Positions 8,643 through 18,386 of a DNA stretch of 22,465 nt are shown piece after piece. The stretch comes from Gemmatimonadota bacterium (GTDB lineage Bacteria; Gemmatimonadota; Gemmatimonadetes; Gemmatimonadales; GWC2-71-9): assembly GCA_036679605.1 (NCBI GenBank), contig JAZDCZ010000229.1:1-22465 (forward strand), written 5' to 3'. The notes below the pieces were generated by a model. The model did no database searches. It saw only the letters and a list, made by a program, of their open reading frames with translations, and had not been told where the DNA came from. The translations under genes and the position numbers were made by a program. The number at the start of each line of letters is the position of its first letter. Position 1 is the first letter of the stretch.

Positions 8643-10019
8643 TTGCCCGTGCTTCTGACGCTCCTCTTCCCCATTCTTGGGGTTTACAACTTCCTGGTTG
8701 GGAGTGGCCAACCTCAACTCGCGGTCTTGTGGGTGGTTGCAATGTCCGGCGGCGGGATCGTCCATGCTGGGATTGCTCCGAGGATTCTGGGGCGGAGACG
8801 GCACCTGTCTTCCGTGGCGGGACCATTTACAGATAGGCGGATGGTCCTGATTGGTATTGCATACCTGTGCGTGGTTCAGGTCGGCTTCTTACGTTCCATC
8901 ATGAATGGTTCGAGGCCCGTGATCGCGGGTTTTGCTGAAATAGCCGTGGTTGGGCTGTTGGTGTCGTTCCTGTGGATTGGGGTGAGACAGGCCTATCGAA
9001 GGGGAGGGCCCGCGGGGCCCGTTCGTGCGCTCACGGTTTCGTTGGTGCTTTATGTTGCCATGAATGTGATTTCGTCTGGCTTGGGGCTCCGAAACCCTGG
9101 CCTGGAGGCGAAGTACCTCCGAGAGCTTGTCTCGCTGTGGAGCCCGTCTGGCTTTCGAACCATATTTCCGTTTGCGCTGAGCGGTCAGATGCTGTCGATT
9201 TGCGCAGGCTCTGCAGCTATCCTGGTCCTCGGCTACTCTGGGAAGAGATGGTCGCGCTACTCTGTCCGGGTCATAACCTGGGTCCTAGTGGCTGCGGTAC
9301 TGTTGGGGCACGGGGGACGGGGACCTACGTTCGCGATGGTGCTCACCATGATGGCCCTGTGGCTCACCAAGAACACGAGGACACTGGGGAAGGTGCTGAG
9401 TATAGCGGCGCTCGTGGGTGCGATATTGTTACCCGTCATAGCGTTGTCTACGTCTGTGCTTGCTCTGACCGAGCAGCGGGTTGGCAAAGTGGCCGCTGTG
9501 GTATCGCGACAAGCTGGAGATATCGCGACGCTGTCGAACCGAGACCTTATTTGGATCACCGCGGCGCGTGGCATGGTGGCACTACCCTTACAGTGGTGGG
9601 TCGTCGGTTCTGGCGCCCGAGGCCAGGTATCGTCCGGACTGAGTAGACAGTGGGCGTTCCTGTTTGAATACAGCTATGCCGAGGCCGAAGTCACGAACGC
9701 ACACAATAGCTATCTGCAGGTCACCTTGGACTACGGGCTAGCGGGGTTCGTTCTGTTCCTTGGCGCGTTCATCGCGCTGGTATGGAAGGCGTCTTCGGTC
9801 AACTCTGTGTCGGAAAGGTCCGGAAACGTGGTCGTGTGGGCCGTGATTTATCTCGCCGTCACTGGTGCGCTCGAAGCCTCATTGACGTACTTCGCTCTGG
9901 ACACATGGCTACTCCTCATCGCTCTGTACCTGACTGTGGCTATTTACGCCGAGCCCGGAAGTAGGGGCTCCGGAGGAGACAGGGGACCTGAAGCCATGCG
10001 TGCTGGCGTGGCCAGCTAG
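8643..10019 (+). CDS. O-antigen polymerase/ligase-family membrane protein (Wzy/WaaL-like)
   Basis: Polytopic hydrophobic protein with GGRG, TLSNRDLIW, G.G.G and NAHNSYLQVTLDYGLAGF (HN motif). Located near wzx. Confidence 0.8.
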   Translation: MPVLLTLLFPILGVYNFLVGSGQPQLAVLWVVAMSGGGIVHAGIAPRILGRRRHLSSVAGPFTDRRMVLIGIAYLCVVQVGFLRSIMNGSRPVIAGFAEIAVVGLLVSFLWIGVRQAYRRGGPAGPVRALTVSLVLYVAMNVISSGLGLRNPGLEAKYLRELVSLWSPSGFRTIFPFALSGQMLSICAGSAAILVLGYSGKRWSRYSVRVITWVLVAAVLLGHGGRGPTFAMVLTMMALWLTKNTRTLGKVLSIAALVGAILLPVIALSTSVLALTEQRVGKVAAVVSRQAGDIATLSNRDLIWITAARGMVALPLQWWVVGSGARGQVSSGLSRQWAFLFEYSYAEAEVTNAHNSYLQVTLDYGLAGFVLFLGAFIALVWKASSVNSVSERSGNVVVWAVIYLAVTGALEASLTYFALDTWLLLIALYLTVAIYAEPGSRGSGGDRGPEAMRAGVAS

Positions 10020-10200
10020 GTAGCGCGTAGGGGGGACTCTGATGTGCTCGGTTTCCTTTGGCAGAGGCAACCCCAGATCCTCCGACGCCGCTAGACTACG
10101 CACGGCGGTTCGAGTTCAGTGAGGGGGACTGGCCCCGTCGCTTGTCTCTTAGATTGTGGGGTCGCAGCCGACATCGTGTGCCGGCCGGCGGACTACAGCC

Positions 10201-11145
10201 TCACCGAGCTTCGTTTGGCCCTCCCGCGTCCTTTCTGAGGATCAATTCGACATTCCTCACGTCAAACCTGGAGTGCGTGGGGTACTTCGTCCGCAAACGG
10301 CTCGCGAGTCGGCTGGAAAGCCGTTCTTCGTCAAGGACCAGGCGTTCAATCACAAACGGCGATGCCTCGATGACTCGAATATAGTCTTCAAAAAGGAGTC
10401 TGTTGATAAAGGGTTGGTCATAGATCCAAGCCAGAACTGCCTCCAACAGATCCCCTGACACCTGACCTTCCAGGCGGCGCGCCAACTCTTCTCTCGACAT
10501 AAGAAGGTGCGCAAAATTCGGCACCGGGTTCTTGCTCGGGTCCCAATGGCGAGCCTCCTCGTCTCCGACCACCGCATAGACGTGATGTCCGATACTAGAG
10601 GACCAGATGGGGCCGAAGTCAGCGTATAGGCATCCTCCGGGCTTCAGAACTCTAAAAAATTCTGAAATACACTGCTCGAAATTGTTTAGATGCTCAAAGA
10701 CCGACACACTGAACACGTGAGTGAATGTCTCATCCTCGAACCTGAGGTTGGTGGCGTCGTCGTTCCGAAAGGCGCAGTTGGGTGGGAGGCCGTTCCCTTG
10801 GAAGTGGGCCGCGCCAGTGCGGTCGTTCTCAAGGCCGGGGTTAATCCCGACTACTCTCCCTGCGCCTCGGCCTGCTAACTCCCGTATTATCTTGGCGCCA
10901 GCATCGCTGCCGACCTCGAGAATGGTACTGTTCTCCAAGTCAGGCGCAGCCAGTGCGACGAAGTTGTTTACTGCGCGAGCTTGATATCTCGCCAGGGCGT
11001 TGCTTGATGGGAGTGGCAGAAGGGTCTCCCACACCCGCTTCATGCTCCGATAGATCCTTGGCGTTCGATGACGCATGCTGGCAAGATGCTTGCCAACAAA
11101 TGAACGACGAACATAATTGTCCACCAAACCACTGATTGACGTCAT
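10201..11145 (-). CDS. Class I SAM-dependent methyltransferase
   Basis: Motifs ILEVGSDAG, DATNLRFEDETFTHVFSVSVFEHL, FRVLKPGG. Only long credible ORF in the interval. Confidence 0.85.
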   Translation of the reverse strand: MTSISGLVDNYVRRSFVGKHLASMRHRTPRIYRSMKRVWETLLPLPSSNALARYQARAVNNFVALAAPDLENSTILEVGSDAGAKIIRELAGRGAGRVVGINPGLENDRTGAAHFQGNGLPPNCAFRNDDATNLRFEDETFTHVFSVSVFEHLNNFEQCISEFFRVLKPGGCLYADFGPIWSSSIGHHVYAVVGDEEARHWDPSKNPVPNFAHLLMSREELARRLEGQVSGDLLEAVLAWIYDQPFINRLLFEDYIRVIEASPFVIERLVLDEERLSSRLASRLRTKYPTHSRFDVRNVELILRKDAGGPNEAR

Positions 11146-11504
11146 CTAGACTCCCTGGCCATGACGACCCGTGCTCATCAAGAAGTAGGAACAGCGGCCC
11201 TGGCTCAAGCGAGTGAAGGGGCATCGCCGACTGCCGGCATTCGTCTGGCTTTTGATGCGCATGGGCGATCGATCATCCCCGAACAGGAATACGGCAGTTG
11301 CGGGCAGCCCGTCAAGCCGCGGTGCTCGTCCGTCGCCGCGAGCCCCGAGGTCAGATTGCGTTGGCCGCCTTGCGGAAGTAGGATACGCCCTACGGTGGTT
11401 GACGGCTTCCTCCAGTGTTCGGTGGCTCCAGCGTCCCAGAGCGCAGTTATTGGGCATTCGGCGGGTACCCCTGTCCGGAAGTCCCTTCCTCATTTGGAGC
11501 CTGA

Positions 11505-12260
11505 ATGGTTCAGAGTACGCGATTCCTCGACATCGAGGTGCAAGGGGCAACGATGTCAAATGTCGTGATAGAGATTGAGCGTTGGCTTGGTGAACGAAAT
11601 GATGTGGGCCGACATATTGCGGTCGTGAACAGCTACTGCGTATCTCTGGCAAGAGAGTTGCCAGAGCTTCGCGCAGTTTATGACGCGGCTGACCTGGTCC
11701 TCCCTGATGGAAAGCCGTTCGTATTCTGGATGAGGCATGTCGGTGGGGTGGCCACCGACCGTATATGCGGGCCTGAGCTGATGCTCCATCTTCTGGAGGT
11801 CGGTCAGGAACTCGGTTGGAGGCACTACTTCTACGGCGGTGCGCCAGCCGTTTTGGCGGAAATGATCACTCGCCTCAAGTCACTCGCACCGCACGCGCTT
11901 GTGGTTGGTGCTGTCTCCCCGCCTTTTCGAGACCTTACGCCTGAGGAGGAGGAGGCGGAACTCGAAAAGATCCGAGCCGCCGAGGCTGATTTCTTGTTCG
12001 TCGGATTGGGGACGCCCAAGCAGGATTTCTGGATTGCACGAAATCGCCCACGTGTTGGAGGGGCGGTGCTAATCGGTGTTGGTGCCACCTTCGATTTCCT
12101 TGGCGGACGCGTCAAGCGCGCTCCGAAGATGGTACAGCGAGCTGGGCTGGAGTGGGTGTGGCGTATGCTGGGGCGGGATCGGGGGCGGCTCTTGAGGCGC
12201 TACACATTGTACAATTGGAGATTCTTGCGGGATTTCTTTCGTCAGGGACTCGGGCTATGA
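11505..12260 (+). CDS. WecB/TagA/CpsF-family glycosyltransferase (GT26)
   Basis: GGAG before the ATG. Motifs ADLVLPDGKP, RICGPELM, YFYGG, SPPFR, FVGLGTPKQD, GVGATFDFLGG, RAPKMVQRAGLEWVWR. Confidence 0.92.
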   Translation: MVQSTRFLDIEVQGATMSNVVIEIERWLGERNDVGRHIAVVNSYCVSLARELPELRAVYDAADLVLPDGKPFVFWMRHVGGVATDRICGPELMLHLLEVGQELGWRHYFYGGAPAVLAEMITRLKSLAPHALVVGAVSPPFRDLTPEEEEAELEKIRAAEADFLFVGLGTPKQDFWIARNRPRVGGAVLIGVGATFDFLGGRVKRAPKMVQRAGLEWVWRMLGRDRGRLLRRYTLYNWRFLRDFFRQGLGL

Positions 12261-12359
12261 AGCTTCGACGTGCACAACGCGGTGTCTCAGTTGCCACCGT
12301 GCCTCATGGCGTAGCGCAAATGGCCCCGTCCCGTTCCTCAACTCCGGAGTCATAGGGGT

Positions 12360-13139
12360 TTGCATACATCGGGAGTGGGTGGCATAAAGGCGTTCGTGTC
12401 CAAGACTCTGTGGCGGGTGGGCCTGGGTCATGCGAATGAGATGTTGGCGATCCAGAGCGTCCTCCTTGCTCCGGGCACTTCAGGCAAGATGGTGGACGTT
12501 GGGGCCCACAAAGGTGAGTCGTGTAGGGAATTCGCTCGACGCTCTTGGAAGGTGTTGGCGTTCGAGCCGGATGACGACAATCGCGCCGCTCTAGAGGTGG
12601 CTCTTGGGGGCTGTGACAACGTCAGTATCGATGTGCGCGCTGTCGGAGAGACTACTGGGGCAGAAGTGCTATTCTATAAGAGTACGCTTTCCACCGGGAT
12701 ATCCGGACTTCATCCGTTTCACGAGAGCCACACCGCCTCGGGCCATGTCAAGGTCGTGCGCCTCGAAGACGCGATTGACGAGTATCAGTTCGGTGACAGT
12801 ATCGATTTTCTCAAAGTCGATGCAGAGGGTCACGACTATTTTGTCCTAAGGTCTTACCCATGGAGCAGGTCGCTGCCGAGGGTGGTTCTGGTCGAATTTG
12901 AGAATTCGAAGTCGGAGCCACTGGGGTATGACTTCGACATATTGGCCCAGTACTTGGTCGACCTAGGCTACCACGTTCTGGTCTCGGAGTGGTTTCCAAT
13001 TGAACGATATGGTGGGCGACATAAATGGCGCGGTGCCTCCTTCTATCCCTGTCCGCTGCGTGACAGACGAGCTTGGGGCAACCTCATCGCGAGCCAAAGC
13101 CGCGAGGTCCTGGAGTCAATTAGGGACAGGATAGCATGA
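12360..13139 (+). CDS. FkbM-family methyltransferase
   Basis: Motifs VDVGAHKGE, VLAFEP, IDFLKVDAEGHD, VLVEFE. TTG start uncertain. Confidence 0.88.
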   Translation: MHTSGVGGIKAFVSKTLWRVGLGHANEMLAIQSVLLAPGTSGKMVDVGAHKGESCREFARRSWKVLAFEPDDDNRAALEVALGGCDNVSIDVRAVGETTGAEVLFYKSTLSTGISGLHPFHESHTASGHVKVVRLEDAIDEYQFGDSIDFLKVDAEGHDYFVLRSYPWSRSLPRVVLVEFENSKSEPLGYDFDILAQYLVDLGYHVLVSEWFPIERYGGRHKWRGASFYPCPLRDRRAWGNLIASQSREVLESIRDRIA

Positions 13140-13273
13140 ATGAGACCAGCCTTGCTGTTGGGGGAAACGGTCTCCTCGGTGCGGGTGAAACCGGTGGTAG
13201 CATAGCCAAGCAACGGCGGGGCGGTGTTCGCGGCTCGCGCCTGACATCAAACTGTCCTAAGGGCGGCACATGA
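13136..13273 (+). other. 45-codon ORF with ATGA overlaps at both ends and a GxxGxxG motif; possible internally deleted epimerase/SDR remnant
   Basis: Translates as MNETSLAVGGNGLLGAGETGGSIAKQRRGGVRGSRLTSNCPKGGT. Overlaps the FkbM stop (13137-13139) and the fcl start (13270). Confidence 0.35.
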
Positions 13274-14202
13274 AGACGATCGTTCTCGGGGGAGCTGGAT
13301 TCTTGGGACGCCATATTGTCGAGGCGTTTGGGCGGCGTGGGGTTGTTCCGGTCGTTCCCCGTCGTGCCCAGGCCGACCTTCGAGTTTGGACTCAAACGAG
13401 GGACCTTTTCCGGGATTTGAAGCCGGACCTCGTTGTGCATGCCGCTTGGACAGGCGGTGGGATTGGGTTCATGAGACGGCACCCGGGTACTATAGCCCGG
13501 GATAACCTCCTGATGAACACTCACGTCATAGAGGCGTGCCGCGAGTTTGAGGTCTCCAAGTTCGTCGGCATCGGGTCGGTGTGCTCTTATCCAAAGTATT
13601 CCAAGGTGCCCTTTGTCGAGGCCGAACTCTGGGAGGGTTACCCGGAGGAGACCAACGCTGCATACGGCTTGGCGAAAAAGATGATGCTCGTTCAAACCCA
13701 AGCCTACGCTGAGGAGTTTGGACTCAACGGCGTACATCTTCTGATGGTGAATTTGTATGGGCCTTGGGACAATTTCGATTTGGAGTCGAGTCACGTAATC
13801 CCTGGAATGATCCGGCGGATATTGCGGGCCAAGGAAGATGGGGCCGCCGCCGTGGAGTTTTGGGGAGACGGATCGCCCACTCGGGAGTTTATCTTCGTAG
13901 AGGATGCAGGGGAAGCTGTGGTAGCGGCGACTGAGCGGTACGATTCTCCAGAACCGGTCAATATAGGATCGGGCACTGAGGCGTCCATCAAGGAGCTTGG
14001 GAGTATCCTCTGTGAGTTGCTGGATTACCACGGTGCGATCATCTGGGATTCAACCAAGCCGAACGGTCAGCCGCGCCGGCGCCTCGACGTTTCGCGGGCA
14101 AAGGAGCGGTTCGGCTTCGAGGCTAAGATGCCGCTCAAGGAAGGCCTCGAGCGGACCGTCGAGTGGTATTTGACCACTGGGCGTAGCATCTGGGAACGGT
14201 AG
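13270..14202 (+). CDS. fcl: GDP-L-fucose synthase
   Basis: Motifs GGAGFLG, VGIGSVCSYPK, YPEETNAAYGLAKK, NLYGPWDNFDLESSHVIP, WGDGSPTREF, KPNGQPRR. Confidence 0.9.
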   Translation: MKTIVLGGAGFLGRHIVEAFGRRGVVPVVPRRAQADLRVWTQTRDLFRDLKPDLVVHAAWTGGGIGFMRRHPGTIARDNLLMNTHVIEACREFEVSKFVGIGSVCSYPKYSKVPFVEAELWEGYPEETNAAYGLAKKMMLVQTQAYAEEFGLNGVHLLMVNLYGPWDNFDLESSHVIPGMIRRILRAKEDGAAAVEFWGDGSPTREFIFVEDAGEAVVAATERYDSPEPVNIGSGTEASIKELGSILCELLDYHGAIIWDSTKPNGQPRRRLDVSRAKERFGFEAKMPLKEGLERTVEWYLTTGRSIWER

Positions 14203-14388
14203 ACGCGGGCCAGTGTTGCGGCTTACAGTGTTTTCTCGGATCATGTGGCTTGCCCTTCAACCCCTGTCTTTGGCGAAAGTCCCTTTCAACGAAGCGCCCA
14301 TTGCACGCTGACGCGTGGTCGTCGGAAACATCGGGAGAGTGAGTCTTTTGGCTAGCAATTTGTGCTGTTGTGTGAGGATACCAGGACT

Positions 14389-15435
14389 ATGAAAAGGGCA
14401 TTGATCACCGGCGTGACCGGCCAGGACGGATCCTACCTATCCGAGTTGTTGATCTCGAAAGGCTATGCCGTGCACGGCATCGTGCGACGCGCTTCGCTCT
14501 TCAACACCGATCGCATAGATCACTTGTATCACGATCCCCATGCAGACGGTGAGCCGTTCACACTTCACTACGGGGACTTGGCCGATGCCACCTCCATTCG
14601 CAGAGTGCTGGAGGACGTTCGGCCCGACGAGTTCTACAATCTTGGCGCGCAGTCGCACGTCAAGGTGTCCTTTGAACTACCCATCTATACCGCTGAAATC
14701 GTTGCGATTGGTACCCTGTCAGTGCTCGAGGCGATTCGCGACTACCAACAGCACAGCGGTCGAGAGGTTCGGTATTACCAGGCCGGCTCGTCTGAGATGT
14801 TCGGTGCGGCGCCCCCGCCGCAATGCGAGTCGACGCCATTCTACCCACGGTCACCCTACGCCGTAAGCAAGGTGGCGGCTCACTGGTATACGGTAAACTA
14901 CCGCGAAGCCTACGGGCTCTTCGCATGCAACGGGATTCTCTTCAACCATGAGTCACCCCGGAGAGGCGAGACATTCGTGACCCGCAAGGTCAGCCGAGCG
15001 GTGGGCCGCATCGTCCACGGCCTTCAGGACAAGCTCTACCTCGGGAATCTCACCGCACGGAGGGATTGGGGGTTTGCGGGTGACTACGCTGAAGCTATGT
15101 GGCTGATGCTTCAGCGCTCGACTCCAGACGATTTTGTGGTTGCGACGGGCGAATCGTATGCGGTGAGTGATTTCGTAGAGGCGGCCTTCGCGCGCGCTGG
15201 GCTCGATTGGAGGGCGTACGTGGAGGTTGACCCCCGCTACTACCGCCCAACGGAAGTTGACTTTCTCCAGGGTGACAGTTCGCGGGCGAAGGAGTTGTTG
15301 GGATGGGAGCCGAAGGTTTCGTTCGAGGAATTGGTTGTAATGATGGTTGATCATGACCTAGAACTCGCGCTCCAGGAAAAGACGCTCCGGGAGAGAGGGC
15401 ATGTCATTCACACCCGTGGCGCCGCGAGCCCCTGA
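14389..15435 (+). CDS. gmd: GDP-mannose 4,6-dehydratase
   Basis: Motifs [72 protein letters not shown]. Confidence 0.97.
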   Translation: MKRALITGVTGQDGSYLSELLISKGYAVHGIVRRASLFNTDRIDHLYHDPHADGEPFTLHYGDLADATSIRRVLEDVRPDEFYNLGAQSHVKVSFELPIYTAEIVAIGTLSVLEAIRDYQQHSGREVRYYQAGSSEMFGAAPPPQCESTPFYPRSPYAVSKVAAHWYTVNYREAYGLFACNGILFNHESPRRGETFVTRKVSRAVGRIVHGLQDKLYLGNLTARRDWGFAGDYAEAMWLMLQRSTPDDFVVATGESYAVSDFVEAAFARAGLDWRAYVEVDPRYYRPTEVDFLQGDSSRAKELLGWEPKVSFEELVVMMVDHDLELALQEKTLRERGHVIHTRGAASP

Positions 15436-15565
15436 CAACAGCAAAGACTCGTGTCGCAGACGTCTGAAAATGCGCCGACACATGGTGGCGCGGCGTGATG
15501 ACAGAGTTGTTGGGGGGGGGCTCGCAGACGACCGGACTCGCGTGGGGTAGCCGCTGCGCTAATTT

Positions 15566-16543
15566 ATGGACTCGGAGAAGGCAAAAATGCGCATACTCTG
15601 TACAGCGCCCTATTTCAGACCTGTCCCTGAACGCTACACTGCTTTTTTTCAGGCACAAGGCATCACGTATGACAACCCGTTCGTGGCCCAGAACATGTCG
15701 GAGGACGAGCTGCTCGCAGTAATCGAGCGCTACGACGGCGTCATCGCGGGGGATGATGAATTCACAGCCGCAGTCATCAAGAAGGGTGCGGCGGCTAGGC
15801 TAAAAGTAATCGCAAAGTGGGGTGTTGGCATCAACGCGATCGACCTAGGCGCAGCTGAAGAATGCGGCGTTGCAGTCAGGCGTTCGCCGGGACTGCTGAG
15901 TGATGCGGTGGCAGATGAGGCGTGGGGATACGTGCTGATGTTGGCCAGGAGCTTGCACGTCTCGGACCGAATGGTGAGAGCTGGTGAGTGGGTTAAGCTG
16001 TGCGGTCTCGGTCTCCGTGGCCGCACTCTCGGGATCATCGGGGTTGGCGATATTGGCAAGCAGATTGCCCTTCGTGGCATTCCTTTTGGCGTCAGGCTCC
16101 TTGGGAACGACATTCAGGCCATTGATCGCGCCTTTCTTGCTTATTCCGGTATGGCTCTCGTCGGCAAGGAGGAATTGTTACGCGAGTCCGATTTTGTCGT
16201 GGTGGCCTGCGACCTCAACTCCACCAGTTATCATCTGCTCGCCGGTCGTGAGTTCTCGCACACCAAACCCACTGCCTTCTTGATCAACATCTCGCGTGGG
16301 GCCTGTGTGGACATGGAGGCTCTCATTGATGCTTTGAGAAGCGGTGCCATTGCAGGGGCCGCACTTGATGTTTATGAGGAGGAGCCTTTGCCTGCTGGCA
16401 GTCCTCTGCTTGAGTTTGACAACGTACTCCTGAATGCACATAACGCGTTTAACGCGGATACGGCGGTTAAGGCGGTAAGCGACAACACGGTCGGCGAACT
16501 CATGCGCGTGTTGCGACCCGATGCGATCTTGGATTTCTCATGA
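15566..16543 (+). CDS. D-isomer-specific 2-hydroxyacid dehydrogenase (phosphoglycerate dehydrogenase-like, no ACT domain)
   Basis: Motifs KWGVGINAID, GIIGVGDIG, INISRG (Arg), ALDVYEEEP (Glu), NAHNA (His). 325 aa. Confidence 0.9.
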   Translation: MDSEKAKMRILCTAPYFRPVPERYTAFFQAQGITYDNPFVAQNMSEDELLAVIERYDGVIAGDDEFTAAVIKKGAAARLKVIAKWGVGINAIDLGAAEECGVAVRRSPGLLSDAVADEAWGYVLMLARSLHVSDRMVRAGEWVKLCGLGLRGRTLGIIGVGDIGKQIALRGIPFGVRLLGNDIQAIDRAFLAYSGMALVGKEELLRESDFVVVACDLNSTSYHLLAGREFSHTKPTAFLINISRGACVDMEALIDALRSGAIAGAALDVYEEEPLPAGSPLLEFDNVLLNAHNAFNADTAVKAVSDNTVGELMRVLRPDAILDFS

Positions 16544-16570
16544 ATGCGGATTTGAGAAGCACACGTCGAC

Positions 16571-17488
16571 ATGACTAGTTCGATAAGCATCGTGAACCAG
16601 TTTCTGCAACTGGTGGTCCAACCGAAAAGGGGCGGGCGAGTTTCTGAACTGTGCGGTGGTCATACGGGGGATCAATGGCTCTACTATCAGCCAGATCGAA
16701 TGCTTGGGCACCCAGCCGACCACAATGTATACGATGATGTGTGGGCGGGTGGTTTCGAGGAACTTTTCCCGAACGATGCTGCAATTCGGTCTGACGGGCG
16801 TGACCTTCCTGACCATGGGGAGCTTTGGAATCGACCCTTCGAGGTAGTGAGTCAATCTGACCTGCATGTTCAGCTCTTGAGGCGGTGTACTACCGTTCCC
16901 GTCGATTTCTATAAGGCGATCCGGCTGGATCCCAATAATGCACTCGTGACCATCGACTATCGACTCGTGCACAACGGCACCAAGCCGTTATGGCACCTAC
17001 TGAAACTCCACCCGGCGCTTCGTGTGGAAGACGGGGACAAAATCACTTTGCCAGGTGGATCAGTTACCCCTGTCACGCCGGGTTTCGGCCGCCTTAGCGA
17101 CTCCCGTCCGCGTGAGTGGCCGGTGCTTCTGGACGACTTCGGAGACCTGCTTGACCTAGGGACCGTGCGTTCGGCCGGTTCAGGGTTTCGAGAGTTTGTC
17201 TACGTATCGGACATGCCTGCCGGGTGTTGCGGGCTTAGGCGAAGCAGAACCGGAGAGCGAATTCGAATCACCTACCCCCCTGAGGTCTTCCCGTATTGCT
17301 GGCTGTTTATCACCTACGGTGGTTGGCGGGAATACAACACCGTCGTCTTGGAACCGTGCACGAATATGCCTAAGGACATGAGTGAGGCCAGGAGACGAGG
17401 TCGATGTGCGGTGCTGCTACCGGACGAGGTTCGCAGCTTCTCAGTACGGATTGAGATCCTGGGGGATGATGATGAACTCGTCTGCTAG
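16571..17488 (+). CDS. Aldose 1-epimerase/galactose-mutarotase-fold protein
   Basis: Motifs PKRGGRVSEL, GGFEELFP, PDHGELW, KLHPAL, FPYCWLF, VLEPCT (HG / H / EP pattern of the mutarotase-like superfamily). Confidence 0.75.
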   Translation: MTSSISIVNQFLQLVVQPKRGGRVSELCGGHTGDQWLYYQPDRMLGHPADHNVYDDVWAGGFEELFPNDAAIRSDGRDLPDHGELWNRPFEVVSQSDLHVQLLRRCTTVPVDFYKAIRLDPNNALVTIDYRLVHNGTKPLWHLLKLHPALRVEDGDKITLPGGSVTPVTPGFGRLSDSRPREWPVLLDDFGDLLDLGTVRSAGSGFREFVYVSDMPAGCCGLRRSRTGERIRITYPPEVFPYCWLFITYGGWREYNTVVLEPCTNMPKDMSEARRRGRCAVLLPDEVRSFSVRIEILGDDDELVC

Positions 17489-18386
17489 CCAACCTCAGGT
17501 GTCACTGGTGATTCGATGCTACAACGAGGAGCGGCACATAGGGAACCTCCTCGAGGCAGTGGGCAAACAGTCGTTGCGGGAGGTCGAGGTTGTGGTTGTG
17601 GACTCCGGCTCCACGGACCGGACGCTCGAGATTGTGGGGCACTATCCGGTGAAGCTGGTACAGATTCAGCCGGACGAATTCACGTTTGGTCGGGCCCTAA
17701 ATCTTGGGTGTGCGGTTGCCTTGGGCGAAATTCTAGTATTTGCCAGTGCGCACGTCGTTCCCTGTGATGACGAGTGGCTGGAGATGTTGGGGATGCCGTT
17801 CGAGCGGCCAGAAGTGGCACTCGTATACGGCCGGCAGACTGGAAACGAGGTTACGCGGTTCTCGGAGCATCAGGTCTTTGCCAGCCTTTTCCCCAGCGTC
17901 TCGGATTGGGATCAGAAGACCCCGTTCTGCAACAATGCCAATGCGGCGATTCGGAGGCGGTTGTGGGAGGCACACCCCTTTGATGAGGCTCTCACGGGTC
18001 TTGAGGATCTGGAATGGGGGAAGTGGGCCTTGGAGCAGGGGCACCGCATCGCATACGAGACCGGGGCGGTGATCACGCATATTCACGAGGAAGACGCGGG
18101 AAGAATTTTCAGACGATACGAACGGGAAGCGATAGCGCTCAGGCGGATTTTTCCCGACTCACGCATGACGATTTTGGAAATGTGCCAGCTTCTGATCCAT
18201 GGTGTGTGGGTCGACCTCCGGATGGCGTTCAGGCAGCGAAGGCGCCCGGGGACGCTGCTCGACATTCTGGTTTTTCGTACGATGCAGTACGTCGGGACCT
18301 ATACCGGACTGCATCATCGGTCCCCTGTGACTCACAACCTAATGATGCACTTTTATTACCCAGGACGGCGTCTCGATGTTGGATAG
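17466..18386 (+). CDS. GT2-family glycosyltransferase (rhamnosyltransferase-like)
   Basis: Motifs VSLVIRCYNEE, VVDSGSTDRT, FTFGRALNLG, VYGRQ, CNNANAAIRR, LEDLEW. Three tandem ATGs at 17466, 17469 and 17472. Confidence 0.88.
   Translation: MMMNSSASQPQVSLVIRCYNEERHIGNLLEAVGKQSLREVEVVVVDSGSTDRTLEIVGHYPVKLVQIQPDEFTFGRALNLGCAVALGEILVFASAHVVPCDDEWLEMLGMPFERPEVALVYGRQTGNEVTRFSEHQVFASLFPSVSDWDQKTPFCNNANAAIRRRLWEAHPFDEALTGLEDLEWGKWALEQGHRIAYETGAVITHIHEEDAGRIFRRYEREAIALRRIFPDSRMTILEMCQLLIHGVWVDLRMAFRQRRRPGTLLDILVFRTMQYVGTYTGLHHRSPVTHNLMMHFYYPGRRLDVG

Noticed and set aside
11146..11504. Short ORFs and faint epimerase-tail or sulfatase-like peptides on the minus strand (LEEAV...SYFRKA; AVFLFGDD)
   Set aside because: Matches are too short and need several frameshifts; cannot be told from chance without a search.
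13120..14031. 303-aa minus-strand ORF, and similar long alternative-frame ORFs such as 1104-2027, 2889-3881 and 2899-3657
   Set aside because: They overlap well-supported genes, show no motifs, and are expected in GC-rich DNA.
15451..15481. Small inverted repeat after gmd (GTGTCG...CGACAC around CAGACGTCTG)
   Set aside because: Short stems and no U-tract; not a convincing terminator.
15566..16543. Calling the dehydrogenase serA
   Set aside because: No ACT domain, and its context is glycan biosynthesis; only the family is supported.
16540..16578. ATGA-coupled 12-codon ORF out of frame with the mutarotase-like gene
   Set aside because: The ORF from 16571 appears to contain the whole domain; there is no evidence of a real frameshift.
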